DNA of 64,000 bases from Bryobacterales bacterium (GCA_963422375.2 OY729427.2:96001-160000); one strand, 5' to 3'; counted from the first letter of the stretch, positions 20,808 through 32,918 are shown. Notes: generated by a model from the letters alone, not told the origin. Translations and numbers: made by a program.

Positions 20808-22213
20808 GGGAATTATATATCTGAGTGCCGACGACGCCATATCCGGCTAGAACTGCTCTGCTTGGGGACGTCGGCGTCTAGCTCGGATCTTTCGTGTGCG
20901 GCCGAGGTGGGCACCGAAAGGTCGGTTCGTATCTGAATTGCGCCTGCAAGCGGATCTCGCGACGGACGGACTGGAGAGGCTCCCCTTCCAAGGCGGCTGC
21001 ATCTATGAATCGTCCGGGCCGGACACCGGTCGCGGCGCGGGATTCCGGATCCGGAGGGCCCTTCGCACCGAGCGTGAAGACAGGCCGCAGCGGACCGGCC
21101 AGGCCGTGCTCGGGCCGCGACCGCGGCCTTGCCGACCAGCTGCCAGTAGGTCAGCGTCCGGCCGACCGGGCCCCGCGCCATGCGCCGCATCCGTTCCGCG
21201 GTGTCGCAGTTGCGGGCGTTGCACCGTCCCGCGAACTCCGTGAGGTAGCGGCCCGAATGTTGGACGCTCATCCGATGATAGGTTCCGTAGAGGCCGCGCT
21301 TGAACAGGGACCGGAACGACTCGATGCCGTTCGCATGCGCTGTCCCGCGCACGTACTCGCCGCCGGAGTGCCTGACGGCTTCGTGCGGGAACTCTTCCAT
21401 GCCGGCGCAGGCCGCCGCCTCGTCGGAGCGGACCTGCGCGCCCGGCGCGACCCGGCCGCGCACGAAGCCCTGCAGGTCGCCCTCGGTCGTGCCCGGCAGC
21501 GGCCGGGCGGCCACTTCGTTCGTGGCGCGGTCCCGCGCGCCCGCCACGGGGGTCTTGCCGACGGGCCCGCGCCCGGCGCGGGCCTTCTTGCTCTCGTGCT
21601 TGTTGCGCTCCTTGCCGCCGACGTACGTCTCGTCCACTTCCACCGGGCCGACGAACAGGTCCCGGTCCCGCTCCCGGCACGCGCGGATGCGGTGCGCCAG
21701 GTGCCGGGCCGACTTCCGGCTGATGCCCGGGTCGCGGTGCAGCTTCATGCTGGAGACGCCCTTGATGCCGGTGGCCAGCAGGAACAGGGCGATGGCCCGG
21801 ACGCGGTAGCCGAGCTTGGTGTCGGCCATCACGCTGCCGGTGCGCACGGAAAAGCGCTTGCCGCAACCGCGGCAACGGTACGGCATCGAAGGGTGGGCCG
21901 CGCCGGACTGCACGCTGGAGCCGCGGCAGCGGGGGCATGCCGGACCGTCCGGCCAGCGCATGGAGGCGAACCACTCTTCCGCGGATTCGTCATCGGGGAA
22001 CATGGCGATCACTTCGATCAAGGTGATGCCTTTACGAAATCAATTCCCGGGACATTTCTGCTTCGACTGCTTCAACTATGACCTCCTATATTGAAACTAT
22101 TCTATCAAGAATATCCACAGACTGTCAACAGATATACGGAAGAAATATCAAATTGATTTATGGATTGATAATTTGCCAAATCGGTTGCCTAGGCACTCAG
22201 ATATATAATTCCC
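20808..22213 (-). mobile_element. IS1595-family element (different subgroup from copies 1-3) with a decayed transposase
   Basis: Perfect 22-bp TIRs GGGAATTATATATCTGAGTGCC (20808-20829; reverse complement at 22192-22213). Flanks CTTCTATT/ATTCTATA are an imperfect TSD. Motifs EVDETYVGG, SDE, NGIESF. In-frame stop near the N-terminus. Confidence 0.9.
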
Positions 22214-22214
22214 A

Positions 22215-24329
22215 TTCTATATGCACGGTATTCGGCTGTATTGGCCAGACCAAGTTTCTAACCGATGCAGAAGTCCGTAATATGCGCTCGAGAAACCACT
22301 ACGTAACTCGTTACTTCGCGAGACCAATGGCGGCGTATCTAGGGAACATATCGCAGCTATTGGACTTCGGGAAAGGAGTGACACTGAAGAAGAGTTTAGA
22401 GCTGGTTCGATAAATCTATTGAGCTGCACAACAACAATGGAACTTGGGGTAGATATTGGTGATTTGGATGCCGTGCTATGTAGGAACGTTCCGCCGGGTA
22501 TCTCAAATTACCTGCAACGTGTGGGGCGTGCGGGACGCCGAGGACAAGTTGCACTGGTGGCACTGACGGTAGCACGAAGGAGCAGGTATGATCAAGCTCA
22601 GTTTCATAAGTTGGAGAATTATCTCAATTCCAAGCCGCCTGCTCCCTATGTTACCGTGGACAACAGCAGCTTCTTCCGGCGTCATCAGTGTTCAACCGTA
22701 GTCTCCGGCTGGCTCGTGCACCGCTTGGCCGACCGGAGGCAGCTTGGGGCCCCTAAGCTTCGGGACGTATTGGGAGACGATCTAAGCGAAGAAGTGGAAA
22801 TGGCTATCTGTGGAGATTTCAAATTTTGGATTTCCGGTGATTCGGGGCGGGATGCGATTGCGAATGCAGAGGATTTGACCGAATCTCTGCCAAATGAACT
22901 GTCAGCGGTAGGAGTGAGAGGGACTGAGCTGGCTTCTCACGTTTGCAGTGTGATTCGTGGCTGGATCGGTGATGTTTCTTCTAGATAGAGGACGATGAAA
23001 CGAGCTGCTGATGCGGAGCTAATTGTCCAGAACGATCCGGATGCTACACAGTCTGAAAAACAGATATCTAGTCGGCGCCTTTCGGCTCGCCAGACTGATA
23101 TGAAACGCTATCTGGACCAGTTTCTAGTCGAATCACTATCTCGGGGTGCCGTGATTCCAACATATAGCTTTCCAGATCACTCAATTAGCCTCGAAATCGT
23201 CGAGTCGCATCAGTCGTTTTCTCGAGACGAACGTGCCCTAAGACTTGATCGCAATGCTGCACTGGCAATCAGTGAGTATTCTCCAAGCGCCGAGGTCATC
23301 GCTGGAGGCAGAATCTGGGTCAGTCGCGGTATTGTCCGGCGGAGTCCGGTTACGGGTGAGGAGAGCTGGGTACTGCGACGGTGGTATAGAGTGTGCCGGT
23401 CTTGCGGCCATCCGGAGATCCACGACAAACGAGAACAATACCACTCTTCCTGCAAATAATGTCAATCTAGCCCGAAGAGCTCGCCTCTGGAATTCATTGA
23501 GCCAATTGGGTTCCTTGCCTCGTATTCTGACAGAATGGGGCGAGACCTAGTAAGCTCGAAGCTTGGCGTTCGACACAGTAACGAGGCTCGGTTGCTGACT
23601 CCAGCAGGGATGTCGGACTTTCAAGAGACCGACTTGAAGGACGTGAAGACGTTTCTTGTCGTGGCTAATCCAAGGGATGGAGGACCACAGGGGCACATGG
23701 TTGTCATAAACAGAGGTCCTCATGGATCGGGATACGTCTGGTGTCACTGGTGCGAGTATGCTGAGTCCGTTCTTTCGAGGGTCAGTCGGTTTGGGAGAAG
23801 CGATGTTGAAGCGTTGCACGATAATCCGCGCACGGGGGAGCGCTGCCCGATTTCCCATTTGAAAAATCCCATCGATTGGGGCCATCTGTTTGAAACCGAT
23901 GTACGAATACTCTACTTTCGGCGAGAACTCCCTGAATTTGATAATCTCGCTCCCGAGATCGATAGCGATTTGGTGCGGGAGGGATTCAAGAGAACCTTAT
24001 CAGAGGCAATCCGATTGGCGGCCACTTCTTTGTTGGAGACTGCGAGTCGTGACCTGCGAAGCACTTTTGAGACACGAAATGGCCGTTTGTTCGTTGTGCT
24101 GTCCGATGTGATTTCTGGTGGAGCTGGATACTGCCGACGTCTAGCACGTGACCCGGGTGACCCCAGATTCTCCGCTTCAAAGATCGTAGCCCAAGCGATT
24201 GAGATTCTTGACTGTTCAAACAAGGAGTGCGTACTGAGCTGCACTCGATACCTGAACGAGTATTCGAATCAGATCTTCTGGGATAGTTTTGGGAGGATTC
24301 CCTGCTTGGAGTGGCTAAGTCACCTTTGA
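22215..24329 (+). pseudogene. DEAD/DEAH-box helicase with C-terminal DUF1998 (MrfA/DruE-like), 5'-truncated with multiple stops
   Basis: [23 protein letters not shown]...[15 protein letters not shown]1998-like SDVISGGAGY...CSNKECVLSC..LNEYSNQ. Stops at 22988 and 23459 plus frameshifts. Lower GC than the flanks. Confidence 0.85.
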
Positions 24330-24916
24330 TCTATTCCTTTCGTCGTCGGAATCTTTGTCTTGCACGGTAGGATGCCGCGAGAGCACGAGAGGTCTGATGC
24401 CTTGCGGGGCCTCGTACCGGAGAGCGTGTCGTCGCGAGTGCGACACGCGCTACCGTTCCACTCCACCTCTAATGTTCTCGTCGTGGTTCCCGTTGCCAAC
24501 GATGGGATGATGGTCCTTTCCGGGAATGCTTCTTGGCGAACGCACCGACCGTTCGGATGGCGGGCGGCGATATTGGTCCGATCGCTTTGATCCGTTGAGT
24601 GATGGCAAACTATTCTATTTTGGTTGGCGCGGCCTTTTCGCGGGCGTCAGTCCCAAGCGTGGATCAACGGCCGCTCCCGGAGACGGGTTTGCACTTGATA
24701 GGGCGGGAGAACCTTGCCCCGGGCACGGATATCACCGTTATCGAAGTTCACGAACAGGTCCGCAACAACAGCGCAGGGAGGCGATGACGGAGTCGGGCTG
24801 CATGGCGGAGCAGCACGCGGAGTGCCACCTCGGGCGCACCCAGCTCCCTCGTCGGCCCGAGGCGTAGACTTGGGAGTCGCTAGTCGTCAAACTGGAAGGA
24901 GCGAAACAGGAGGAGG

Positions 24917-26806
24917 GTGAATACGATGCGTCAACGCAAGCATCCGTGGTCGCGTCGGCGCCAGTGGGCACTGAGCGTCGCCTGTCCGATTCTGGCTTGG
25001 TCGACCCTCGGGTGCGGGACCGTGGACCGGCCCCGGGATCCCCGACCCAACGTGATCATCGTCCTTACCGACGACCAAGGCTACGGCGACGTTTCGGCGC
25101 ACGGCAATCCTGTTCTCCGCACTCCGAACATCGACCAGCTGCACGACGAGAGCGTCCGCCTGACCAACTTCCACGTCGCGCCCGTCTGCACGCCCACCCG
25201 CGGCGAGCTGATGACCGGCCTGTACGCCCTACGCAACAAGGCCGGTATGGTGCCATCCGGGCGCAACCTCATGCAGCGCGACATTCCCACCATGCCCGAG
25301 ATCTTCGCCGCCAATGGTTACGCCACCGGCCTCTTCGGCAAGTGGCACCTCGGGGACACCTATCCGCACCGACCGCTCGACCGCGGCTTCCAGCGAGCCG
25401 TGTGGCACAAGGGTTGGGGCCTCGCCTCCGAGATCGAGTACGACAACGACTACTACTACACGCGCTATATCGACCAGACCGAGACGCGCTACTCCGACCG
25501 CTTCTGCGCCAACGTCTGGTTCGACGAGGCGATGGAATGGATGGGCGAGCGGGCCGCGCAAGGAGAGCCGTTCTTCGCCTACATCGCCCTCAACACGCCC
25601 CACAGCCCGTTCCACGCGCTCGCGAAGGACTTCGCCCAGTACGGGGCCGCGTTGGAAGACCCGACCCTCGCGCACTTCTTCGGGCTGATCCGCAATGTCG
25701 ACGAGAATCTCGCCCGCCTGGACGCATGGCTCCGAGAACGACACCTGCGCGACAACACCCTGCTCGTGTTCATGAACGACAACGGCACATCCAAGGGCGA
25801 GATGTTGTTCAACGCCGGGATGCGCGGCAAGAAGGGCAGCCCGTATGACGGAGGGCACCGCGCGATCTGCTTCCTGCGCTGGCCGAGGGGCGACCTGGGC
25901 AGTCCCCGTCCGGTGAGCTACGCTGCGCACGTCACCGACATCCTCCCGACCGTCGCGGATCTGGCCGGAGTCGGCGTGCCGCTCGAGGCGGCGTTCGACG
26001 GCGCGTCTCTCGCGCCGATCCTCCGATCGGAGGTCGACAAGGGCCCGGACCGCATGATCATCGTCCAGTACGGCGGGCGAATCCGCCCCGCCAAGTACTC
26101 GCAGAGCGCCGTAATCTGGAACCACTGGAGACTCGTCGGCGAAACCGAGCTCTACGATCTCGCCGCCGACCCCGGGCAGCGGATCGACGTAGCGAGCGAC
26201 CATCCCGACATCGTGGAGGCCATGCAGGCCCGCTACGAGCAGTACTGGTCGTCGATCGAGGCGTCGATCAACGAGATCGAGCCGCTCGTGGTCCGCGCGG
26301 AGAGCGAGACCTACACCGATCTGACCTCGAACAGCTGGATCGAAGTCGATTGCGACAACCGCACGCGGGTCGCAATGACCTGCGGGCCGCCGCGCGGCGG
26401 CGTCTGGCAGGTCGAGGCGGAGGCGAGCGGGACCTACTTGGTGGATCTGAGACGATGGCCGTTCCACCTAGAACGCGCCCTGACAGCGGCCGGCCCCGCC
26501 TCGACTATCGGAGGCGTGCCCATCACGACGGGCAAGGCCTTGGAAATCGCTTCGGCTAGGCTGAGCGTCAACGGTAGGGCGCCGCTAGAGGCCTCCGCGG
26601 GCACGGACGCGGCCTCGGTTCGATTCGAGGCTTCCCTGCGCGAGGGCCCGAACACCCTGCAAGGCTGGTTCGTCGACTCGACGGGCAAGGATCTGTCCGG
26701 GGCGTACTACGGCAGGGTGAGCCTCGACTCGTCAGAACGGAGGGCCGCCAGATCGCCTGCTCCCACCAGCCGCGCATTGGCCGCCGGTGCCTCGGGTACG
26801 CCTTGA
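24917..26806 (+). CDS. Arylsulfatase (formylglycine-dependent S1 family)
   Basis: PNVIIVLTDDQGYGD, CTPTR, GKWHLG, NDNG. RBS GGAGG just before GTG. Confidence 0.95.
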   Translation: MNTMRQRKHPWSRRRQWALSVACPILAWSTLGCGTVDRPRDPRPNVIIVLTDDQGYGDVSAHGNPVLRTPNIDQLHDESVRLTNFHVAPVCTPTRGELMTGLYALRNKAGMVPSGRNLMQRDIPTMPEIFAANGYATGLFGKWHLGDTYPHRPLDRGFQRAVWHKGWGLASEIEYDNDYYYTRYIDQTETRYSDRFCANVWFDEAMEWMGERAAQGEPFFAYIALNTPHSPFHALAKDFAQYGAALEDPTLAHFFGLIRNVDENLARLDAWLRERHLRDNTLLVFMNDNGTSKGEMLFNAGMRGKKGSPYDGGHRAICFLRWPRGDLGSPRPVSYAAHVTDILPTVADLAGVGVPLEAAFDGASLAPILRSEVDKGPDRMIIVQYGGRIRPAKYSQSAVIWNHWRLVGETELYDLAADPGQRIDVASDHPDIVEAMQARYEQYWSSIEASINEIEPLVVRAESETYTDLTSNSWIEVDCDNRTRVAMTCGPPRGGVWQVEAEASGTYLVDLRRWPFHLERALTAAGPASTIGGVPITTGKALEIASARLSVNGRAPLEASAGTDAASVRFEASLREGPNTLQGWFVDSTGKDLSGAYYGRVSLDSSERRAARSPAPTSRALAAGASGTP

Positions 26807-26865
26807 CCCCGCACCCGCGAACAGCGTACAGTGCCCATGCTGGAAGCTGGGGCGAGCGACAGACC

Positions 26866-29541
26866 ATGAGTGCGCCTTCCATCGCGGTCGCCATTCGAGC
26901 CGTCGCAGCGACGCTGGCGGCTGTCGCCTTTGCGCTCCCGGCCAGCGGCGCACCGGACTTCCGTACCGAAGTACATCCGATTCTCCTCAAGTGCCTGCCC
27001 TGCCACGGCCCAGACGAGGAGGCCCGCATGGCGAACCTAAGGCTCGACTCCATCGAGTCGGCGACCGGCCGCGACGGCGGACACGCGGGCTTGGTGCCCG
27101 GAAACGCTGCGGAGAGCCGGGTCATGGCCCGCATCCGCGCCGACCGGAACCCCATGCCTCCGGTCGGCGAGCGGCTCTCGACCGAGGAGATCGCGACACT
27201 CGAGCGCTGGATCGAATCGGGCGCGGGCTACGAGCGCCACTGGGCGTTCGATGCACCCCTCCGCCCCGAGCTGCCGCCCGTGTCCGACCCGAGCTGGCCG
27301 CGCAACGACATCGACTGGTTCGTGCTCGCGAGGCTCGACCGCGAGGGCCTGCGCCCCTCCGACCAGGCCGACCGGTACGTTCTAGCCCGGAGGCTCGCGC
27401 TGGACGTGACGGGCCTGCCGCTGATTCCGGCCGAGGCGGACGCATTCGCCGCCGACCCGTCCCCGGCCGCCTACGAGGCCTTGGTCGACCGCCTGCTCGC
27501 CTCGCGCGCCTACGGCGAGCGCTGGGCCCGCGTCTGGCTGGATCTGGCACGCTACGCCGACTCCATGGGCTACGAAAAGGACACCCTGCGCACGATCTGG
27601 CCCTATCGCGACTGGGTGGTCCGAGCCTTGAACGACAACATGCCGTTCGACCGCTTCACCGTCCTCCAGCTCGCTGGGGATCTCCTGCCCGAGCCCACCG
27701 AGGACGACCTCGTGGCCACGGGCTTTCACCGCAACACGATGACCAACACCGAGGGCGGCACCGACGACGAGGAGTTCCGCGACGCCGCGGTCAAGGACCG
27801 CGTCGCCACGACCGGGCAGACGTGGATGGGCCTGACATGGGGGTGCGCCCAGTGCCACTCTCACAAGTACGACCCGATCTCGCACGAGGAGTACTACTCG
27901 CTCTACGCCTTCTTCAACCAGACGGCCGACGCGGACACGAATGACGACGGCCCGAAGCTCGAAGTGGCCCCGGACGTCTCCACGCCCGTCCTCGAGGAAC
28001 TGTCTCCGGACAAGCGCCGAGAGACCTTCGTCCACCAGCGCGGCAACTACAGGAACCCCGGCGAGACAGTCGAGGCCGGCGTGCCGGACGCTTTTCACGA
28101 ATTCCCCGCGGACGCTCCCAAGAACCGGCTCGGGCTGGCCCGCTGGCTCGTTTCCGAGCGGAACCCCCTGACCGCGCGCGTAGCCGTCAACCGCGTCTGG
28201 GCCCGGCTCTTCGGAGCCGGCATCGTCCGGACCGAGGAGGACTTCGGGACGCAGGGCGCGCTGCCGACCCACCCGGCGCTGCTCGACTGGCTCGCGACGG
28301 AGTTCATGCTGGGCGGCTGGGACCTCAAGACCCTCGTCAAGACGGTCGTGACCTCCGCGACCTACCGCCAGAGCTCGGACGCATCGCCCGAACTCCTCCA
28401 AGCCGACCCGGACAACGAGCTGCTGGCGAGAGGGGCGCGCTTCCGGCTACCGGCCGAGATGGTCCGCGACCAGGCTCTCGCCGCCAGCGGGCTGCTCAGC
28501 GGCAAGATGGGCGGGCCGCCCGTGATGCCGTGGCAGCCGCCGGGCATCTGGCAGGTCGTCTACAGCAGCCGCCAGTGGGAGACGAGCCGCGGGGAGGACC
28601 GGCACCGGCGGGCGCTCTACACCCTGTGGCGCCGCACCTCCCCGTACCCGTCGATGACGACCTTCGACGCCCCATCCGGCGAGACCTGCACGGTCCGCCG
28701 CATCCGGACCAACACCCCGCTGCAGGCGCTCGTCACGCTCAACGACCCGACCCTCATGGAGGCGGCGCAGCTCCTCGCCGAACGCGCCCTAGCGGAGTCA
28801 GGGCCGGGCGAAGAGGAAGTCTTGGAGCGGCTGTTCCGCCTCGTGCTGACGCGCCCGCCGACTGCGGCCGAGAGCGCGCGGCTGCGGGACCTGCGCGCGG
28901 AAGCGGAGCGCGGCCTGGCGCGCGACGCGGCCGCGGCGGCCAAGCTCGCCAGCTATGACCGCGTGCTCTACACATCCGCACGCAGGCAGACTCTTGTGGC
29001 AGACTCGCGGAGCGAGGCTGCCGAATGGCGTTTCACGACCGAGACTCCCGCCTCGGACTGGACTAGCCCGGAATTCGACGACTCGCACTGGGAGTCCGGC
29101 TGGGGTGCGTTCGGACGAGGGGACGGCTACAAGGACAGCCTGAGCTCGGACTGGAGCACGACCGATCTGTGGTTGAGGATCCGCTTCGACGCTAGGGAGC
29201 CCGGCCTCGACGGCTTCCGCCTCGAGGTTCGCCATTCCGGGGCCTTCGCCGCGTTCGTCAACGGCGTCGCCGCGTCCGGGGACATCAACGGCTCCGGTAG
29301 CCATTCTCCGCATCCGCTACCTCCGGCGGCGCGCGCAGCACTCCGTCCGCGGGGCAACGTCCTAGGAATCCGCGCCACGCATACCGGCCTGACCGACGGG
29401 GCACGGAACATCGACGCGGGCCTTACCGCCCTGCGACCCCCAGAGCTCGAATCCGCCGGGACGGACGTCGTCGAGAAAGCCGCGTGGGTGGTCGCTGCGA
29501 ACGTCGTCCTCAACCTGGACGAAGCCCTGACCAAGCACTAG
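26866..29541 (+). CDS. PSD1/planctomycete cytochrome c domain protein (DUF1549/DUF1553)
   Basis: CLPCH and CAQCHSH haem motifs, [43 protein letters not shown]. Jelly-roll insertion near the C-terminus. Confidence 0.9.
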   Translation: MSAPSIAVAIRAVAATLAAVAFALPASGAPDFRTEVHPILLKCLPCHGPDEEARMANLRLDSIESATGRDGGHAGLVPGNAAESRVMARIRADRNPMPPVGERLSTEEIATLERWIESGAGYERHWAFDAPLRPELPPVSDPSWPRNDIDWFVLARLDREGLRPSDQADRYVLARRLALDVTGLPLIPAEADAFAADPSPAAYEALVDRLLASRAYGERWARVWLDLARYADSMGYEKDTLRTIWPYRDWVVRALNDNMPFDRFTVLQLAGDLLPEPTEDDLVATGFHRNTMTNTEGGTDDEEFRDAAVKDRVATTGQTWMGLTWGCAQCHSHKYDPISHEEYYSLYAFFNQTADADTNDDGPKLEVAPDVSTPVLEELSPDKRRETFVHQRGNYRNPGETVEAGVPDAFHEFPADAPKNRLGLARWLVSERNPLTARVAVNRVWARLFGAGIVRTEEDFGTQGALPTHPALLDWLATEFMLGGWDLKTLVKTVVTSATYRQSSDASPELLQADPDNELLARGARFRLPAEMVRDQALAASGLLSGKMGGPPVMPWQPPGIWQVVYSSRQWETSRGEDRHRRALYTLWRRTSPYPSMTTFDAPSGETCTVRRIRTNTPLQALVTLNDPTLMEAAQLLAERALAESGPGEEEVLERLFRLVLTRPPTAAESARLRDLRAEAERGLARDAAAAAKLASYDRVLYTSARRQTLVADSRSEAAEWRFTTETPASDWTSPEFDDSHWESGWGAFGRGDGYKDSLSSDWSTTDLWLRIRFDAREPGLDGFRLEVRHSGAFAAFVNGVAASGDINGSGSHSPHPLPPAARAALRPRGNVLGIRATHTGLTDGARNIDAGLTALRPPELESAGTDVVEKAAWVVAANVVLNLDEALTKH

Positions 29542-29545
29542 ACCT

Positions 29546-30991
29546 ATGAAACCCGCACGAGAGATCGCCCGGAGGCAGACCCGCCGCCACTTCCTAGGGG
29601 GATGCCAGCTGGGCCTCGCCTCGATGTTCCTGGGGTCCCTGCAGCCGACCGGCGCGGTGCCATCCAGGGCGATGGCCCCGAAGGCCCCGCACCACGCACC
29701 GCGGGCCAACTCGGTCATCTACCTGCACATGGCCGGCGGACCGTCGCAGCTCGAGCTGTTCGATAACAAGCCCGAGCTTCGGAAGCATAGCGGGGAGGAC
29801 TGCCCGCAGCACCTGCTCGACGGCAAGCGCTTCGCCTTCATCAAGGGAGTCCCGCAGCTGCTGGGCTCGCCGTACGAGTTCGCGCGGGCCGGGCGGGCCG
29901 GCACCTGGGTCAGCGAGCTGCTGCCACGCTTCGCCGAGGTCGCCGACCAAGCGGCGATCGTGCGCTCCATGACGACCTCGGAGTTCAACCACGCCCCCGC
30001 GCAGCTGCTGCTGCAAACCGGCAGCCAGCGCCTCGGCTCCGCCTCGGTCGGCTCGTGGGCAACCTACGGCTTGGGCACGGAGAACCAGGACCTCCCCGGC
30101 TTCGTGGTGCTGGTCAGCGGGAACAAGACTCCCAGCGCGGGCAAGAGCCTGTGGGGCAGCGGATTCTTGCCGTCGGTCTACCAGGGGGTCCAGTGCCGCA
30201 CGCAGGGCGACCCGGTGCTCTTCCTCAGCAACCCCGAGGGCATGAGCCGCTCCCTGCGGCGCAGCACGCTGGACGCGCTGGCCGACCTCAACCGCTTGGA
30301 GCAGCGCAGGTCGGGGGACCCCGACACGCTGGCCCGGATCGAGCAGTACGAGCTGGCCTACCGCATGCAGGTCGCCGTGCCGGAGGTCATGGACATCTCC
30401 AAGGAGCCCGATGCGATCCACTCGCTGTACGGCACCGAGCCGGGCCGGCTCTCGTTCGCGAACAACTGCCTGCTGGCCCGCCGGCTGGTCGAGAGCGGCG
30501 TGCGCTTCGTGCAGCTCTACGACTGGGGCTGGGACCACCACGGCAACGCTCGCCAGACGGACATCCGCCTCGACCTTCCCGACCGGGCCCGCGACATCGA
30601 CCGCCCGGCGGCCGCGCTGATCGAGGACCTCAAGCAGCGCGGGCTGCTGGACCAGACGCTAATCGTCTGGGGAGGCGAGTTCGGTCGCACGCCGATGCGG
30701 GAGAACAGGCAGGGCGACAAGACGGAGTACTACGGGCGGGACCACCAGCCCCAAGCCTTCACGATGTGGCTGGCCGGCGGAGGGATCAAGGGCGGCGTCA
30801 GCCACGGGTCGACGGACGACCTGGGCTACTACGTCGACAGCGACCCGGTCACGCCGCGGGACCTGCAGGCAACGCTGCTCCATCTGCTGGGCCTGGACCC
30901 GTACCGCCTGCACTTCCCCCACCAAGGACTGAAACAGCGACTGATCGGCCCGACCGACGAGGGCCGGGTCATCGAGGAGCTGCTCGCCTGA
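29546..30991 (+). CDS. DUF1501 domain protein
   Basis: Tat-like TRRHFL, GGPSQLELFD.KP, CLLARRLVESGVRFVQL, WGGEFGRTP, GRDH. Confidence 0.95.
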   Translation: MKPAREIARRQTRRHFLGGCQLGLASMFLGSLQPTGAVPSRAMAPKAPHHAPRANSVIYLHMAGGPSQLELFDNKPELRKHSGEDCPQHLLDGKRFAFIKGVPQLLGSPYEFARAGRAGTWVSELLPRFAEVADQAAIVRSMTTSEFNHAPAQLLLQTGSQRLGSASVGSWATYGLGTENQDLPGFVVLVSGNKTPSAGKSLWGSGFLPSVYQGVQCRTQGDPVLFLSNPEGMSRSLRRSTLDALADLNRLEQRRSGDPDTLARIEQYELAYRMQVAVPEVMDISKEPDAIHSLYGTEPGRLSFANNCLLARRLVESGVRFVQLYDWGWDHHGNARQTDIRLDLPDRARDIDRPAAALIEDLKQRGLLDQTLIVWGGEFGRTPMRENRQGDKTEYYGRDHQPQAFTMWLAGGGIKGGVSHGSTDDLGYYVDSDPVTPRDLQATLLHLLGLDPYRLHFPHQGLKQRLIGPTDEGRVIEELLA

Positions 30992-31054
30992 GAGCGAGTT
31001 GATCGAGGCCGTTCCCGGCCGGGCGGCTTCGTTCCCTGCTCCGGAGGATCAGAG

Positions 31055-31912
31055 TTGCCCGCAGCGCGAGTGGGTCTGATCGGCATCGGACTGCTCGGCT
31101 CGGCCATAGCCGAGCGACTCCTGGCTTCCGGCGTCGCGGTCCACGGTTTCGACATCGACCCCCGCGGCCGAGAGCGCCTCGCCGCGGCCGGCGGCACGGT
31201 CGGGGAATCGGCCCCGGCCGTCTTCCGGGAATGCGCCGACCTGTTTCTCAGCCTCCCGGACTCGGTCGTCGTCGGAATCGTCCTGGACTCCATCGACCGC
31301 GCCTGCCTAGCCGGGAGGACTGTCATGGACACGACCACGGGCGCACCGCGTGACGCGGCCCGCTTCGGCCAGGAGGTAGCAGCCGCGGGCGGCTGCTACC
31401 TCGACACGACGGTGGCGGGATCCAGCGAGCAAGTCAGGCAGCGCGAGGCGATTGTGATCGCCGGAGGGGAGCGCGCCGCACTGGACCGGTGCCGGCCGCT
31501 CCTAACGTGCCTGGGACGGGCGGTATATCACGTGGGGCCGTGCGGCAGCGGCTCGAGCATGAAGCTGGTGTTCAATCTCGTGCTCGGCCTGAACCGGGCC
31601 GCGCTCGCGGAGGGGCTGTCCCTCGCAGAGGCTTCCGGGCTGCCCGTCCATACAGCGCTGGAGATTCTCCAAGCAGGCCCGGCGCACTCCCGCGCGATGG
31701 ACCACAAGGGCATCAAGATGATCTCCGGCGAATTCTCTCCGCAAGCGCGGCTGCGACAGCACCTCAAGGACGTGCGCCTGATGCTGGCGGAGGGCGCCCG
31801 TCACGGGTGCCGGCTCTCGCTGTCCGAGCAGCACGCCGCCCTCCTCGAGACCGCCGAGGCCATGGGCTTCGGGGACGCGGACAACAGCGCGGTGATCAAG
31901 GCGTACGACTGA
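31055..31912 (+). CDS. NAD(P)-dependent oxidoreductase, beta-hydroxyacid dehydrogenase family
   Basis: GLIGIGLLG Rossmann motif, G..GSGSSMKLVFN, HLKDVRL, G.GDADNSA. Confidence 0.9.
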   Translation: MPAARVGLIGIGLLGSAIAERLLASGVAVHGFDIDPRGRERLAAAGGTVGESAPAVFRECADLFLSLPDSVVVGIVLDSIDRACLAGRTVMDTTTGAPRDAARFGQEVAAAGGCYLDTTVAGSSEQVRQREAIVIAGGERAALDRCRPLLTCLGRAVYHVGPCGSGSSMKLVFNLVLGLNRAALAEGLSLAEASGLPVHTALEILQAGPAHSRAMDHKGIKMISGEFSPQARLRQHLKDVRLMLAEGARHGCRLSLSEQHAALLETAEAMGFGDADNSAVIKAYD

Positions 31913-32918
31913 GACCGGCCGGGCCCACCGTCGCAGCGGCGTACCGCTCGAACCAGCGCTCCAATTCGGAGGGGCCTGCCCAGCCGTCGTGAATCAGCAC
32001 GCGATACCGGAGCGAGAGCCTCCCGTTTCGAGGCAGCGTGTAGCCGCCGTCGACCACCCGATTCCCGGTGAAGTCGGACAAGCCGAACGGATTCGCGGAG
32101 CACAGGCTGTAGCCGCGGGCGTGCCAGCGCGTGGGGTGGCGCAGGTTCGACGGGTGATCCAGGATCGCAACGCCAGCCCGCCGGCCATCGACTACGGCCG
32201 CGTAGTCCACCCATCGCGCCTCGCGGCCCCAGATGCTCTCGGTGCCGCGCCCGCCTGCCGAATTCGTCAGCGCGGCTCCTCGGTCCTGGCGGAACTCGTC
32301 TGCCAGCCGCATCGCGAAGCCACCGTCCTCGGTGTCCCCGAAACGCAGGTCGGCCCCTTGGTCGGCGCGAAACTCGATCAGCGCGTCGATCCAAGTCAAG
32401 CCGCCCGCGCTCGCGAATGCGAAGCACTGCGCCGCGGTACCGACCAAGTCGCCCTCGGAAGACCGAAACCCGAGCTCCGCCGAGATCTGGCCGGGCTCGA
32501 CTTCTGGCTCGGCCAAGAGGACGATCGTGCCGGTCCGGTCGCGGCCGAGCTCCCGCCAGAAGTCGTGGCCGCTGACGTCGCCGTGCCCGTACCAGATGCC
32601 GCGGTGCCACGCGTGATCCGCCTCCTCCCCCTCCCGCGGCTCCAGCGGGTAGCCTCGCGAAACCGTCAGTCCGGCAGGCGTTCGCAGGGGATGCAGGAAC
32701 GGCTTGTCCCATTGCTCCCCGTAATGGAATGTCGTGACGTGCCGGCCGCCGAGGAACACGCGGACCCGGCCTTCGCCCCGCTCGAACGAGACGGCCCGCG
32801 ACTCGCTCTCCCCATGCGGGGTCACGTCATCGGGCGGCCCGGCATCGCCGCCGCAGGCGGCACCCGCGACGGCCAGAACGGCCGCCAAGAGTCCGGTTCG
32901 TTCGCGAGCAGCTCGCAT
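31896..32918 (-). CDS. DUF6807/'PmoA-family' lipoprotein of unknown function
   Basis: Lipobox AAC. KPFLHPLRTP.G..VSRGYP, DHAWHRGIW, FGDTEDGGF..R, DHPSN..HPT.WHARGY...ANPFG. Confidence 0.8.
   Translation of the reverse strand: MRAARERTGLLAAVLAVAGAACGGDAGPPDDVTPHGESESRAVSFERGEGRVRVFLGGRHVTTFHYGEQWDKPFLHPLRTPAGLTVSRGYPLEPREGEEADHAWHRGIWYGHGDVSGHDFWRELGRDRTGTIVLLAEPEVEPGQISAELGFRSSEGDLVGTAAQCFAFASAGGLTWIDALIEFRADQGADLRFGDTEDGGFAMRLADEFRQDRGAALTNSAGGRGTESIWGREARWVDYAAVVDGRRAGVAILDHPSNLRHPTRWHARGYSLCSANPFGLSDFTGNRVVDGGYTLPRNGRLSLRYRVLIHDGWAGPSELERWFERYAAATVGPAGLSRTP

Noticed and set aside
20475..20840. 122-aa N-terminal extension of the lipoprotein ORF
   Set aside because: It starts inside the neighbouring IS; the lipobox-bearing start at 20474 is far more plausible.
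8077..24329. Druantia system (DUF4338/DruA-like plus DUF1998/DruE-like helicase)
   Set aside because: The DUF4338 domain is fused to an IS4 transposase inside TIRs, about 12 kb from the helicase, on the other strand and with different GC.
24330..24900. Possible gene remnant after the helicase
   Set aside because: Short inconsistent frames with no recognisable motif.
31896..32918. Methane monooxygenase subunit PmoA
   Set aside because: Soluble lipoprotein of the misleadingly named PmoA/DUF6807 family; no transmembrane helices and no pmoB/pmoC.
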